From the sequence record MN445183.1: a DNA stretch of 64,000 nt, one strand, 5' to 3'. The position numbers and the translations under genes were made by a program. Positions within the stretch are counted from its first letter, which is position 1. Each line of letters opens with the position of its first letter. Positions 9,000-18,259 of the stretch are shown here, piece by piece. Below the pieces are notes generated by a model. That model did no database searches. It worked only from the letters and a program-made list of their open reading frames with translations, and was not told the origin of the DNA.

Positions 9000-10306
9000 A
9001 CCAGAAAGAGTTTTTACTACTGTCTATCCGAAATTATGCGTACCGCGAGCGTGCCTGGGTAGTCAGCGTATTGTCCGTCAGCCAGTTTGATTACAACTGG
9101 ATGCTGCCTGATCAGCCCCAGGGCCTGAAAGACTGTCAGGTTATCCGAACCCAGGACAACGGCGTCATCATGTTCTGGAACCCAGAAACCAATCAGATGG
9201 AAGAGATTACCGGACTCGATCCGAACTTCCCGGTGTTTCGTGGTGATGACCCGATTGAGCTTGGGCCTGAAGATTGGTCCGTCATCAAAGAACCAACCAC
9301 GACGACATTCGGCCGTGTGCTGGCTAACCTGTATTACTTCTATGACGTGCTGGGTGACCGTGCACCGTTCTTCAACCAGGAATTCAGTAAGAAGATGTTA
9401 GAAGGTTTCTTCGACAAACGCTTCCGTAATCCTGACCATCCACGTTTCCATGATGCCGACACTATCACCTATGATGAGTTCACGCGCTGTGTAAACAACG
9501 GGTTTGCGATGACGCCGTTTAGCCGGGTCTGTGTTGCGACCGCCTGTCCGGAAACCATGTATCCGCCGAAGTGGCTGATCGAGATGCGTGACAAGCTGTT
9601 TGAAGAAAACAAAGATCAGCTGCATGACCCGTTGGTGATGGGTCGTATCCAGGCGCAACTCCTGACCGCGTACAAAGAGTTCCTGGCCACCACACCATCA
9701 AAGAACTCGTTCATCAAAGACAAGACCATTAATGACGCTTTCAACAAAATGTTCGTGTCCGGTGGTATTTCCACGAACTTCGGTGTCTCGACGGTGGTTA
9801 CCCGTTCCTTGTACGAAGGCTGGGACCTGAAACAGTTACCTGCATTAGCGAACTCGTCTATTGAAGCCTCTTTCGGTCGTGGTGCATCCACAGCGGATGG
9901 TGGCGAAAAGGTTAAGATGCTGATTCGTGCTACGCAGAACATCTTAATTACTCAAGATGACTGTGGGTCGAAGTTAGGTATTCCGTGGACCATCGACAAA
10001 CATGCGGTGAAACGCCAGGTAGGCGCGTACGCATTTATTAATGGGCAGTCCACGTTATTAACCGAAGAGATCCTGAAGGCCCACCTTGGCAAGCCGCTGC
10101 TGATTCGTTCGCCTGACTTCTGTAAGAAGACACACGGCGACTCCTGTCGTTATTGTGCCGGCGCGCACAACGCCACGAACGATCGCGGTATGTCATCCGG
10201 GGCCTCGAAGATCGGTTCAAGTATCATGCTCCTTTCAATGAAGGCAATGCACAAGGGGAGTAAGATCGACTTAGTCGAGCTTGACCTCGATGAAATCTTC
10301 TTCTAA
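8996..10306 (+). CDS. virion RNA polymerase beta' fragment (phiKZ gp80-like)
   Basis: RGASTADGGE bridge-helix-like segment, DDCG...RSPDFC...CRYCAG Zn site, SKIGSSIMLLSMKAMH trigger-loop-like end; syntenic position. Confidence 0.85.
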   Translation: MNQKEFLLLSIRNYAYRERAWVVSVLSVSQFDYNWMLPDQPQGLKDCQVIRTQDNGVIMFWNPETNQMEEITGLDPNFPVFRGDDPIELGPEDWSVIKEPTTTTFGRVLANLYYFYDVLGDRAPFFNQEFSKKMLEGFFDKRFRNPDHPRFHDADTITYDEFTRCVNNGFAMTPFSRVCVATACPETMYPPKWLIEMRDKLFEENKDQLHDPLVMGRIQAQLLTAYKEFLATTPSKNSFIKDKTINDAFNKMFVSGGISTNFGVSTVVTRSLYEGWDLKQLPALANSSIEASFGRGASTADGGEKVKMLIRATQNILITQDDCGSKLGIPWTIDKHAVKRQVGAYAFINGQSTLLTEEILKAHLGKPLLIRSPDFCKKTHGDSCRYCAGAHNATNDRGMSSGASKIGSSIMLLSMKAMHKGSKIDLVELDLDEIFF

Positions 10307-10309
10307 CAT

Positions 10310-10328
10310 GGCCCTTCGGGGCCTCTTT
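10310..10328 (+). terminator. short UUCG hairpin terminator
   Basis: ggccc-ttcg-gggcc followed by tcttt. Confidence 0.5.
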
Positions 10329-10343
10329 AGTTTAGAGGTTAAA

Positions 10344-11063
10344 ATGTTAGAATGTTTACTTGGCGGAGCGCCAGCCGTAAAAGACACAGGACCCGGCCCG
10401 CAGGATTTGGTGAAGTCTTACAAGGCCGGGCCGGGTAAACTCACCGGATTCTACGGCCGCGTGGGATCTGAGGACTTCATCACATACAGTCAACTGCGCA
10501 ACATGGTAAACGTGTCCGGTGCGTTAAGTACCGATATCGGTTGGATGAAGCTCCACATTGACGGTAAAGTCCTTTTTGTACCACGTAGCCCTATTTGCAC
10601 AAACATTACGTGGAATCAAATTTATAACGCGGGTGCGGTATATGGTATCCCCGGAGCGGGGGTGGTCTTCAACAACTTAACACCAAAAAATCAAAATCTG
10701 ACCATAGTGGTGCAGGGGTATAAGTTTTTGGTGCGGTGTTTTGTTGGGGCTAACAGTAACCCCGTGGGTATTGACAACGGCGGTGCACGTGATAGCTCAT
10801 TAACCAAGGGTTGCGAATACGATCGTTTGATTTTGAACATGGGTGTGTCGATACAATCAGCTAACCAGGAAGGACCTATATTCGGTTATGAGTTTTCAAA
10901 CCCCTCAACGGCGGTGCATGTCGCCAACTACTCTTATTCGGCATTTAACGGAACCCAATACACGTTATCACGTAACGAAGGATGGGCCAGTGCATATAAC
11001 CCAACATGGGCGTCGACTTCAGTCGGCTGGCTACCTGTGTTAGAGTTACTGGGTAAAGCTTAG
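10344..11063 (+). CDS. MLE-tag putative virion protein, gp131-like domain
   Basis: MLECLLGG start behind GAGG; GPGP..GFYG..WMKLHIDGKVLFVP..WLPVLE. Confidence 0.8.
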   Translation: MLECLLGGAPAVKDTGPGPQDLVKSYKAGPGKLTGFYGRVGSEDFITYSQLRNMVNVSGALSTDIGWMKLHIDGKVLFVPRSPICTNITWNQIYNAGAVYGIPGAGVVFNNLTPKNQNLTIVVQGYKFLVRCFVGANSNPVGIDNGGARDSSLTKGCEYDRLILNMGVSIQSANQEGPIFGYEFSNPSTAVHVANYSYSAFNGTQYTLSRNEGWASAYNPTWASTSVGWLPVLELLGKA

Positions 11064-11124
11064 TTAAATCCAAGATAATGCAACTACAGCGGTCTTACGG
11101 GTACAGTGCGAATCTCTAACGTAA

Positions 11125-11140
11125 TTCATTCCTACATTAC
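11125..11140 (+). promoter_or_regulatory. putative early promoter motif, copy 2
   Basis: TTCAttCCTACATTAC. Confidence 0.7.
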
Positions 11141-11274
11141 TAAGGTGGATGCCAATCGGTGTCCGCTTTGGTAATCCTTTTATGCTGACCTATTTGTTAA
11201 GTTAGACATAAAAGACTAATCTTAATGATAGTCGACTATAGCCGGCTGAATTTAAGCTTTGAAAGGAGTGGTAT

Positions 11275-12066
11275 ATGTATGCGTTAGAGTTGCTAACAGT
11301 ATCAGGGACTGACGCTAAGCATTTGAACATCTCCACCGATGAACATGATTTCATCAAATGGCGGAGACTGCTGCAGGAGGGTCTGTTTAAGAACAAAGAG
11401 TTCAATCAGATCTTCACCGAATCGGCGAGTCAAAACATCGACTCATTAAAGTTCCTTGATGACCAAGACAAAACGTTTGAAGATTTGAACCAAGCTCGTC
11501 GAATGGCTTTCAAATACATCAACTCGGTGGCGTGTAAAAAAGGGGAAGACCTGCGCCAGATCCTGAACATCGGAACGTGGTTAGACGAACCTGGTTATAT
11601 TGGATTCGAAGACGGAAGCAAACAGTACACGCCTTCGTTAATTCGCGCCATCATGCGAATGGATGCCTGGGCCAGTTCGATTACAGTTAATCCGTTGGCA
11701 CAGGACCGTTGGCCCCAAGGCGCGGAAGTAGTTAATGAAGACATGAACCAACCCATTCCGTATCGTGATGAACAAAAGGACATCTGCGGGTGTGTGATGA
11801 TCAAACACACGGAAGACCCTGGGTTCGTGGTGTTTCTAACACGTCGACTTAATGCATTCCAGCAAAACCCCCTTCCGTTATATAACGCACTGCGTACCAA
11901 GCTTCCACGCTTTGGTCGTATGTACGATCGCTGTCATGGCCAGGATATTTACTATCAGGTCATTGCCAAAGGTGACGAGGCGGTGTGTCGTAAGAAGACA
12001 CAGGAGATGCTGGCCAAGTACGTTGATGACATTCGCTGCCTCAACTTTGAATCGGGGAATTGGTAA
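11275..12066 (+). CDS. hypothetical protein, degenerate GIY-YIG-like N-terminus
   Basis: AAGGAG RBS; paralog of 14684 (LNIGTWLDEPGYI vs VNIGDWLDDEGFI). Confidence 0.7.
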   Translation: MYALELLTVSGTDAKHLNISTDEHDFIKWRRLLQEGLFKNKEFNQIFTESASQNIDSLKFLDDQDKTFEDLNQARRMAFKYINSVACKKGEDLRQILNIGTWLDEPGYIGFEDGSKQYTPSLIRAIMRMDAWASSITVNPLAQDRWPQGAEVVNEDMNQPIPYRDEQKDICGCVMIKHTEDPGFVVFLTRRLNAFQQNPLPLYNALRTKLPRFGRMYDRCHGQDIYYQVIAKGDEAVCRKKTQEMLAKYVDDIRCLNFESGNW

Positions 12067-12377
12067 TGCCTAAATCTACGTTTAACATCACGATCCCGAA
12101 GTTTGATCAAGAGCACTTCACGTTCTGTAAACATATTCAGGGATTGCGTCACAAAGGCATCCAACCAAAAGTAGAGCTGGTTGGGTTTGTGGTGTACGAC
12201 GGTTTGGCGGTGGCCGGTCAGGATCACACACGTCGTATTGACCTGAGTAAGGTACCTGACCAGTACGGTATGTTGGATGAGCAGGAAGTCATCCTTGCCA
12301 TCAATGCTACGTGCGGTACCAGCTTCCCGGATACCTGTCGAGTGGCTAAAGCGTTAGAGGTCAGTTATGAGTCTTAA
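12066..12377 (+). CDS. hypothetical protein
   Basis: TAATG coupling to previous gene. Confidence 0.75.
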   Translation: MPKSTFNITIPKFDQEHFTFCKHIQGLRHKGIQPKVELVGFVVYDGLAVAGQDHTRRIDLSKVPDQYGMLDEQEVILAINATCGTSFPDTCRVAKALEVSYES

Positions 12378-12714
12378 GCATCGCGAACGTAACAACGTGA
12401 TGTTGGTCAATAACGACGAATGGAACGATCGTTTCTTTAAAGCCTGTCAGGCGGCTAAAGATGGTCGGTTCATGAATCAACAGGTAAACATCATTGCCTG
12501 GAAAGCGTATCGTCGTGGCGGGATGATTGATTTCCGCACCGAGACCAAGATCGACATCACCCTGGAAGCCATGTCTGGGCAGAAGCCACCAAGCTTCAGT
12601 GATTACATCAAGTTACTGAACAAGCATGACCAGGCCGGGATCAACGACGACGGTGACGTGACGTTAAGTCTCACCATCGAAGTTAAGTGTTTAGCCAGGA
12701 AGAAGGTAAAATAA
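12367..12714 (+). CDS. hypothetical protein
   Basis: 115-aa ORF, GAGG RBS. Confidence 0.75.
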   Translation: MSLKHRERNNVMLVNNDEWNDRFFKACQAAKDGRFMNQQVNIIAWKAYRRGGMIDFRTETKIDITLEAMSGQKPPSFSDYIKLLNKHDQAGINDDGDVTLSLTIEVKCLARKKVK

Positions 12715-12798
12715 TCATGCGGTTGATTTTGGGAACGAGTATCTGGTGATGCACGTTTCTGACTGACGATCTTATGTGTTTTGTTATCTGGAGCTATC

Positions 12799-13125
12799 AT
12801 GAAAGAAACTATCCTTATCACGGATGAAGCTTACCGTGGCGACATGGAGAAGCTGTGGCGTACTGTACGTCGTTTACGTGACTCTACGCAATACAGCAAT
12901 GTAACTTTCACTATGCAGAACTGGATGTTGTCCTGTGACGGTGAAAAGATCAAGCACGGCTTGAACCAGGGATTGAATATTACGGATCTGTTGTTCCGCC
13001 TACCGTTGGCACCAACCAACAGTGAACTGATCGATGCCATGAAAGCAGGTGGTGTTGATGTAGCCAGTGAACTCCCTGTGCATCTTACCTTTACGGTGGA
13101 TGTGGAATACACCCGAATCGCATAA
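12799..13125 (+). CDS. hypothetical protein
   Basis: ATG 12799 behind GGAG. Confidence 0.75.
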   Translation: MKETILITDEAYRGDMEKLWRTVRRLRDSTQYSNVTFTMQNWMLSCDGEKIKHGLNQGLNITDLLFRLPLAPTNSELIDAMKAGGVDVASELPVHLTFTVDVEYTRIA

Positions 13126-13179
13126 ATCGGCATAAAAGAGCCAGGGTTCCGTCAAGGACCCTGGACTCTTTATTTATGC
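13120..13179. terminator. terminator, GCATAA/TTATGC family
   Basis: two GCATAA, agagccagggttcc-gtcaa-ggaccctggactct, TTATGC. Confidence 0.8.
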
Positions 13180-13486
13180 AGAGGATATATAGCAGGCAAC
13201 CTATCAGTAGCCAGCCGATAGGGTATGACTAACAACAACGGGCAAGACTTCGCTCTATATAATACACAGGAATACGAAACATGTTTGGAGTTATGATAGT
13301 GCACTTTATCGTGATTATTAGTATTAACTAACACGATTATTATTTAGTATAATAAGTGGCAGTATTATTACTATTAAATATATATTGTCATAAAAGTCTG
13401 TCTCGTTAGCGTTAGCTCGCTAAGAAATCAATAATGACTTCTATACGAAGAGATTATAATGTACATTTTTACATAAGAGAAAAACC

Positions 13487-14137
13487 ATGAATCAAGAACT
13501 CGAACAGGTTGTATTGAATGTTGCAGATGCATTGAACGGCTATGATCCGAGTACCTATCCCATGCTGGAAGCTTATCGTCATCACATGCGTTTGATCATT
13601 CGTCCAGAAGATCAAATTTATCAACTGTTTAAACTGGTAGATTTGAACGATAAAGAACTGCAAGATATCCTCCAGTGTCGAGGTATCGAAGTGGTGAAAC
13701 TAAATGACCAGTTAACCGGTCTACGTTTAGAACATCACGTTAGCGGTGAAGCGCCAATCTATTGGATCGAATGCAACACGGAATTGCGTGGGATGCCAAT
13801 GAGCGAGTTCTATGACAGCCTAACCAATTTCATGGCAGCTATTCCAGAAGAGAAGCATCACCTTCAACGTATCAAACTCACCGGATGCGGTAAACTCATC
13901 CCATGGCGCAGTGCATTGAATCATATCGTGGATAACCCACGTGAATTGATTCTGGGTTGTCTTAACCATCCCCATCGTTTCTTCACACCGTCAGCAGACC
14001 TTTATGTGCGCTCTAAGGCACGCACAGACGACGCAATCTACCCAGCCAGTGACTTTGTATCACTGACTGACGTGGAGCCGTCAGAGAGCCTCTGGTTCAC
14101 GATTCGTAGCGAAGTACGCAGTACCACGGTGTTGTAA
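13487..14137 (+). CDS. hypothetical protein
   Basis: 216-aa ORF after AT-rich gap. Confidence 0.8.
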   Translation: MNQELEQVVLNVADALNGYDPSTYPMLEAYRHHMRLIIRPEDQIYQLFKLVDLNDKELQDILQCRGIEVVKLNDQLTGLRLEHHVSGEAPIYWIECNTELRGMPMSEFYDSLTNFMAAIPEEKHHLQRIKLTGCGKLIPWRSALNHIVDNPRELILGCLNHPHRFFTPSADLYVRSKARTDDAIYPASDFVSLTDVEPSESLWFTIRSEVRSTTVL

Positions 14138-14148
14138 GGATATACATA

Positions 14149-14658
14149 ATGCGTAAATCTGATACAACCCAATCTGACGTACCGTGTTCATCAGCGACGA
14201 CGACTGCAAGCGGTGCGCATATGCATAACGACCCATTGGCCGAAGTAGCCCCGCTACCCATTTACGAAACCCGGCCTATTCAGAAGAAGGAAGAACCCGT
14301 GTCAACACCCGCGAATGGTAATGACGTTAATGTCATGAAGCTGCTGGATTACGACCCTAACAACACGCCGATTGACGTGGACCGTTACACTGAAGAACAA
14401 AAGCTGATGCATGATCTGGGTGTGCGTGCTGAAGCCCGTTTGGCCTCGTTCATGGACAGCTGCCGTAAGCTTCGCGAAATGAAGCCAGAAGGTTGGCAGA
14501 TCCAGGTTTCCCTGTTCACTAACAACATGGTTGATCTGATGTTTGAAGGCCGACCACCGCTGGCGTCAACGGAACGCCATAAGGCGACCATGAAGTTGGT
14601 GTTGCGTGCCACATTGGTTAACTTGGTCACCAGCCATGACCAGGAAAACCCGCAGTAA
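14149..14658 (+). CDS. hypothetical protein
   Basis: 169-aa ORF, AAGGA RBS. Confidence 0.75.
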   Translation: MRKSDTTQSDVPCSSATTTASGAHMHNDPLAEVAPLPIYETRPIQKKEEPVSTPANGNDVNVMKLLDYDPNNTPIDVDRYTEEQKLMHDLGVRAEARLASFMDSCRKLREMKPEGWQIQVSLFTNNMVDLMFEGRPPLASTERHKATMKLVLRATLVNLVTSHDQENPQ

Positions 14659-14683
14659 CCTGCTTGACTAAAAAGGTAAATCT

Positions 14684-15466
14684 ATGTTTATTAATAAACA
14701 GTTCCCGTTAGTGCATTTGGTACGGTTTCGTAATGGGACCCCACTGATGTACATGACCACCATCATGGACCAAGAGCGCGCGTATGAATCAGTGAATCAT
14801 TTCTTACGTCGTGGTATCTTTCAGAACCTGGCATTCCAGGCGGCGTATGATAAAGCCAAACTCCACATGGGGTTGTTGGATCCCGACCCAAACGATCTAC
14901 TGGTGCATCAGTTCATTGAGATCGCCAATACGTCGGGTTACAATGCAGGCCATTGGTTGATCCGTGATTATCTGGCCCGTAACATCGGTTTAAGCAATAT
15001 TGTTAACATCGGGGATTGGTTGGATGACGAAGGGTTTATCGATGTCACCCCACCGGATCAGGATAAGCGTAAGTATTTACGTGTCACCGACATTGGTAAG
15101 TATTATGCGGCAAACGGGTGTTTCGACACCAACGTGTTCCCGTTGTATATCTTAGCCAGTGAAGACAGTCAGATCCAATCCACTGGCCTGTTGGAGAACC
15201 ACCGCGATCCTCAGCCTAAGCATGTTGGGTACGACACGGTGATGGGTGAAGGTACTGTTGCCTTGGCCTATGATAACCTGGTCTTGGTAGACGATGCCGA
15301 TCTGGAGGTGATTAAAGAAAAACCGATCATCGCTAACGGTCGTCTGTACAGCAGCATTGATCAGTTTGCCAAAGCCCGTAACTTACCAGCCTGGTTTATA
15401 CTAGAACAAATCAACAACGCTGAAGATATGCGTTATGGCTTTGCAGCGGATTGGCGTTTTGTCTAA
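14684..15466 (+). CDS. degenerate GIY-YIG-like protein with C-terminal NUMOD1-like motif
   Basis: VHLVRFRNG..MYMTTI..FLRRGIFQNLAFQAAYDK; C-term KPIIANGRLYSSIDQFAK. Confidence 0.65.
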   Translation: MFINKQFPLVHLVRFRNGTPLMYMTTIMDQERAYESVNHFLRRGIFQNLAFQAAYDKAKLHMGLLDPDPNDLLVHQFIEIANTSGYNAGHWLIRDYLARNIGLSNIVNIGDWLDDEGFIDVTPPDQDKRKYLRVTDIGKYYAANGCFDTNVFPLYILASEDSQIQSTGLLENHRDPQPKHVGYDTVMGEGTVALAYDNLVLVDDADLEVIKEKPIIANGRLYSSIDQFAKARNLPAWFILEQINNAEDMRYGFAADWRFV

Positions 15467-15511
15467 CCCACATCCTATGTAACCACCCTTTCGTGATTAA
15501 GAGGATTACAT

Positions 15512-16240
15512 ATGGGCAAGCAACGTAAAAACAACAAGGAGACCACCGTGTCTGATGTAGAAAAGAAAGATGAACAACTGCCTGATGCAATTGAACAGAC
15601 TGGCGAAGCCAATGGTCCAGATGACCGTGATGTAGGTCAGGAGCCTGGAACTGAAGGCCCGGTAGGTGAAGCATCCGCTGATGAAGGCGACGGTGAAACT
15701 GAAGGTCAGGACGACAGCGACTTTGGTGAAGAACCAGCGCCAGAAACCGTGACGTCGCTGGCGCAGCTGGCCACGGCTAATGACAAACCGGCGTTCGTTG
15801 AACCGAAGTCTGATGAAGCCGATGCGATCATCAACTACATTCGCGAATACGTTGTGAAAATGGATCCATCCAAATACAACGATGCAAAAACCGGTGTGCC
15901 GGCGCAAGCGCGTCTGTACCGCATGATCGTAGCACTGATGAAGCTGGAGTTCACGTCGTTCAAATCCGGCATGGACCAACTGCTGTCGTTGATCCACGAA
16001 TACCGCGCAGCGGCGTTCAACGATATCTACAGCCGTCGCTTCTTCGAAAACCTGTACCCGACTCTGACTCATGCTCAGGTACGCGAGTTTGACGATCTGC
16101 TGAACGTATTGGTTACCGTCGGCGTGTCGTCTAACCGTAGCCGTGCAATGACTCAGATCGATCTGGCCGCTGCACTGAAATCTGTGAAAGACGCTAAGTC
16201 TCATCAGAACATGTCGGCATACTTCAGCGCCCTGCGCTAA
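15512..16240 (+). CDS. hypothetical protein, acidic disordered N-terminus
   Basis: AGAGGA RBS; D/E/G-rich first 80 aa then helical domain. Confidence 0.85.
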   Translation: MGKQRKNNKETTVSDVEKKDEQLPDAIEQTGEANGPDDRDVGQEPGTEGPVGEASADEGDGETEGQDDSDFGEEPAPETVTSLAQLATANDKPAFVEPKSDEADAIINYIREYVVKMDPSKYNDAKTGVPAQARLYRMIVALMKLEFTSFKSGMDQLLSLIHEYRAAAFNDIYSRRFFENLYPTLTHAQVREFDDLLNVLVTVGVSSNRSRAMTQIDLAAALKSVKDAKSHQNMSAYFSALR

Positions 16241-16244
16241 GTCA

Positions 16245-16317
16245 GCATAAAGGAGCCACTGCTTCCCTGCTTGCGCGGGGAGGCAGGGCTCTCTTTTATG
16301 CCGTTCTTTTTTTTTTT
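16245..16317. terminator. bidirectional terminator, GCATAA/TTATGCCG family
   Basis: gagccactgcttccctgc-ttgc-gcggggaggcagggctc, TTATGCCG, T11. Confidence 0.85.
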
Positions 16318-16341
16318 ATAAGAAACCAATCGCCCAACTTA

Positions 16342-17025
16342 TCAAGGTATCCATTCGAGCACAGGACGCCAGGAAAAGGAACTTACCGGTGTATTTTTCA
16401 ACGACCTCGATACGCTAGCAACAGCATAATAAATACCCAATGCCCTAGTGCTGTCACCATATAAAGTTTCTTGGCACGGAACAAAGGTGGCAGACATCGG
16501 TATCACGATGGAATCCCACTTAGCACCGTTTTCAGTTGTTTCGGCCGACACCGTGCTGGCGATTGGATACATGCAGCGCGCCCATTCTGAGTTATTGATC
16601 GTGCTGTCTGGCGCAGGATCGGTTAGTGCTGCACGCGGTAACCTAACAGTGAACTTGGCATCTGCTATAGTGATCTCAGTTGTAGGTTGTCCATTTCGCC
16701 CACCATACACCAATCTACCAAAATTGAGGTTGTTCCAGTAACTACCATTAGCAATGCTGCTTACGGGCATAAACAATATTTTCCCATCAAGCAAGAACTT
16801 TAACCACACAGCTGAGCCACTTACGACATTACCCACGGTGTTGCTGTAAGGTATCTTACTAACTAGTTCCTGGTTACTGAACCATCCACTGGCAATGGTG
16901 CCAGTGACAGAGCCGAAATAACCGGTCTCTCGCCCGTTACCATCCGTCCAATAGCCAACGAGTTCACTGGGGCCCGGTCCAGTGTTGTTAGTCGATTTTC
17001 CCCCACCCATTATCATTTCCAACAT
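16342..17025 (-). CDS. MLE-tag putative virion protein, gp131-like domain
   Basis: MLEMIMGG start at 17025; GPGP..GYFG..WLKFLLDGKILFMP..WRPVLE. Confidence 0.8.
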   Translation of the reverse strand: MLEMIMGGGKSTNNTGPGPSELVGYWTDGNGRETGYFGSVTGTIASGWFSNQELVSKIPYSNTVGNVVSGSAVWLKFLLDGKILFMPVSSIANGSYWNNLNFGRLVYGGRNGQPTTEITIADAKFTVRLPRAALTDPAPDSTINNSEWARCMYPIASTVSAETTENGAKWDSIVIPMSATFVPCQETLYGDSTRALGIYYAVASVSRSLKNTPVSSFSWRPVLEWIP

Positions 17026-17045
17026 AGTAAAAGTCCCGTTATAAT

Positions 17046-18158
17046 TTATTCGACACCGGTCATAGGTAGAGACACCCAGTTGCGTTGCCACATCGTGCTG
17101 TAACCCGGTATCTTTGCAGTAACCGTATCACCTCGGAACGCAAAGCACCCACGGTCGTAGCACACCTGAAGGGCGGCTGATTGGTTTCTCAGAAACACGG
17201 GATTTTGTAAACCGGTTGTATCCAATTTCATGAGTGTGGCGGTACTTGCCGTGGCGTCAGCATCATAGCGTGGATATGTGCCAGAAAAATACCAGCCATC
17301 CGCAAGTTTAACATAAACGCCATACGTCTTACCCACCACGTCTAACACGGTTTCAGGATGTGCATACCAGCTGGTCCTCGTGTTGGCAACACCGTTCCCA
17401 CCCATCACCCCGTCAGCCAGCTGACCAAATGCTTGTGCGCCCGCCGAAAATAACGTGGTGCCGCTCAAATAATGAGTGGCGTAGTAACTTGAGGTGAATT
17501 TGTCGACGTTAGTTGCAAACGCCCTGGCTACTGGCGTTGGCCCGCTACCAACTGACCCGGACACCCCATACGCATCGTTACCCGTAATCAAGAGACGTCG
17601 GTTAGTGTCAAGGAAGAGGTTGTGTTCTTGCGGTGAATCAGAAGCGACGGGGATCGCTCCGCCCATATTGGCCATGAGTATAAAGCTGTGAACTTCAGAA
17701 CCAGCCGAAGACCCTAGCCCCTGCCATGCGTTACGGCCGGCACCATATAACGTTCCATTGGAGCCGATAATAAAGGTGTTAACGCCAGCGCCGCCGTTGA
17801 TACTGACTATACCTAAGTTACCAGCTATAGCGGTGCAGTATGAAGAGACATTGGTCTTTACTGCAACGTTTAATGCTCCAAACATATACCCAAAGTAACC
17901 GATCGCCCACCATTGCTTGTTATTCTTTCTCCAAAGTAAAGACCCGTTACTGCAAAACCCAACGGTCTCTACATCCGTATCGATTAACTTCCATTTTGTT
18001 AACACGGCTGATGTGTTGTTCTCATCCGCTAATCGCCCAGCGTTACCAGTGACGTATAAATTACCTTTCATGGTGAGTATCGCGGGACACGCACCAAACG
18101 CATACCACTTTAAAGGCGCAGCACCCGCAGGAGCCCCGCCAAGCATCATTTCTAACAT
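17046..18158 (-). CDS. MLE-tag RCC1/BLIP-II-like beta-propeller protein
   Basis: MLEMMLGG; repeated G.LY..G.N..G.LG units. Confidence 0.75.
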   Translation of the reverse strand: MLEMMLGGAPAGAAPLKWYAFGACPAILTMKGNLYVTGNAGRLADENNTSAVLTKWKLIDTDVETVGFCSNGSLLWRKNNKQWWAIGYFGYMFGALNVAVKTNVSSYCTAIAGNLGIVSINGGAGVNTFIIGSNGTLYGAGRNAWQGLGSSAGSEVHSFILMANMGGAIPVASDSPQEHNLFLDTNRRLLITGNDAYGVSGSVGSGPTPVARAFATNVDKFTSSYYATHYLSGTTLFSAGAQAFGQLADGVMGGNGVANTRTSWYAHPETVLDVVGKTYGVYVKLADGWYFSGTYPRYDADATASTATLMKLDTTGLQNPVFLRNQSAALQVCYDRGCFAFRGDTVTAKIPGYSTMWQRNWVSLPMTGVE

Positions 18159-18200
18159 AGTAAGGATCCCATTGTAATTTTGGTTGCTATAAAATCGGCC

Positions 18201-18259
18201 GGCATAAAGCCCTCTGGCTCCCCATGTAGGGAAGACCAGAGGTTAAGACAACTTTATGC
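18201..18259. terminator. terminator, GGCATAA/TTATGC family
   Basis: cctctggctccc-catgta-gggaagaccagagg flanked by the inverted hexamers; overlaps polymerase stop. Confidence 0.8.
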
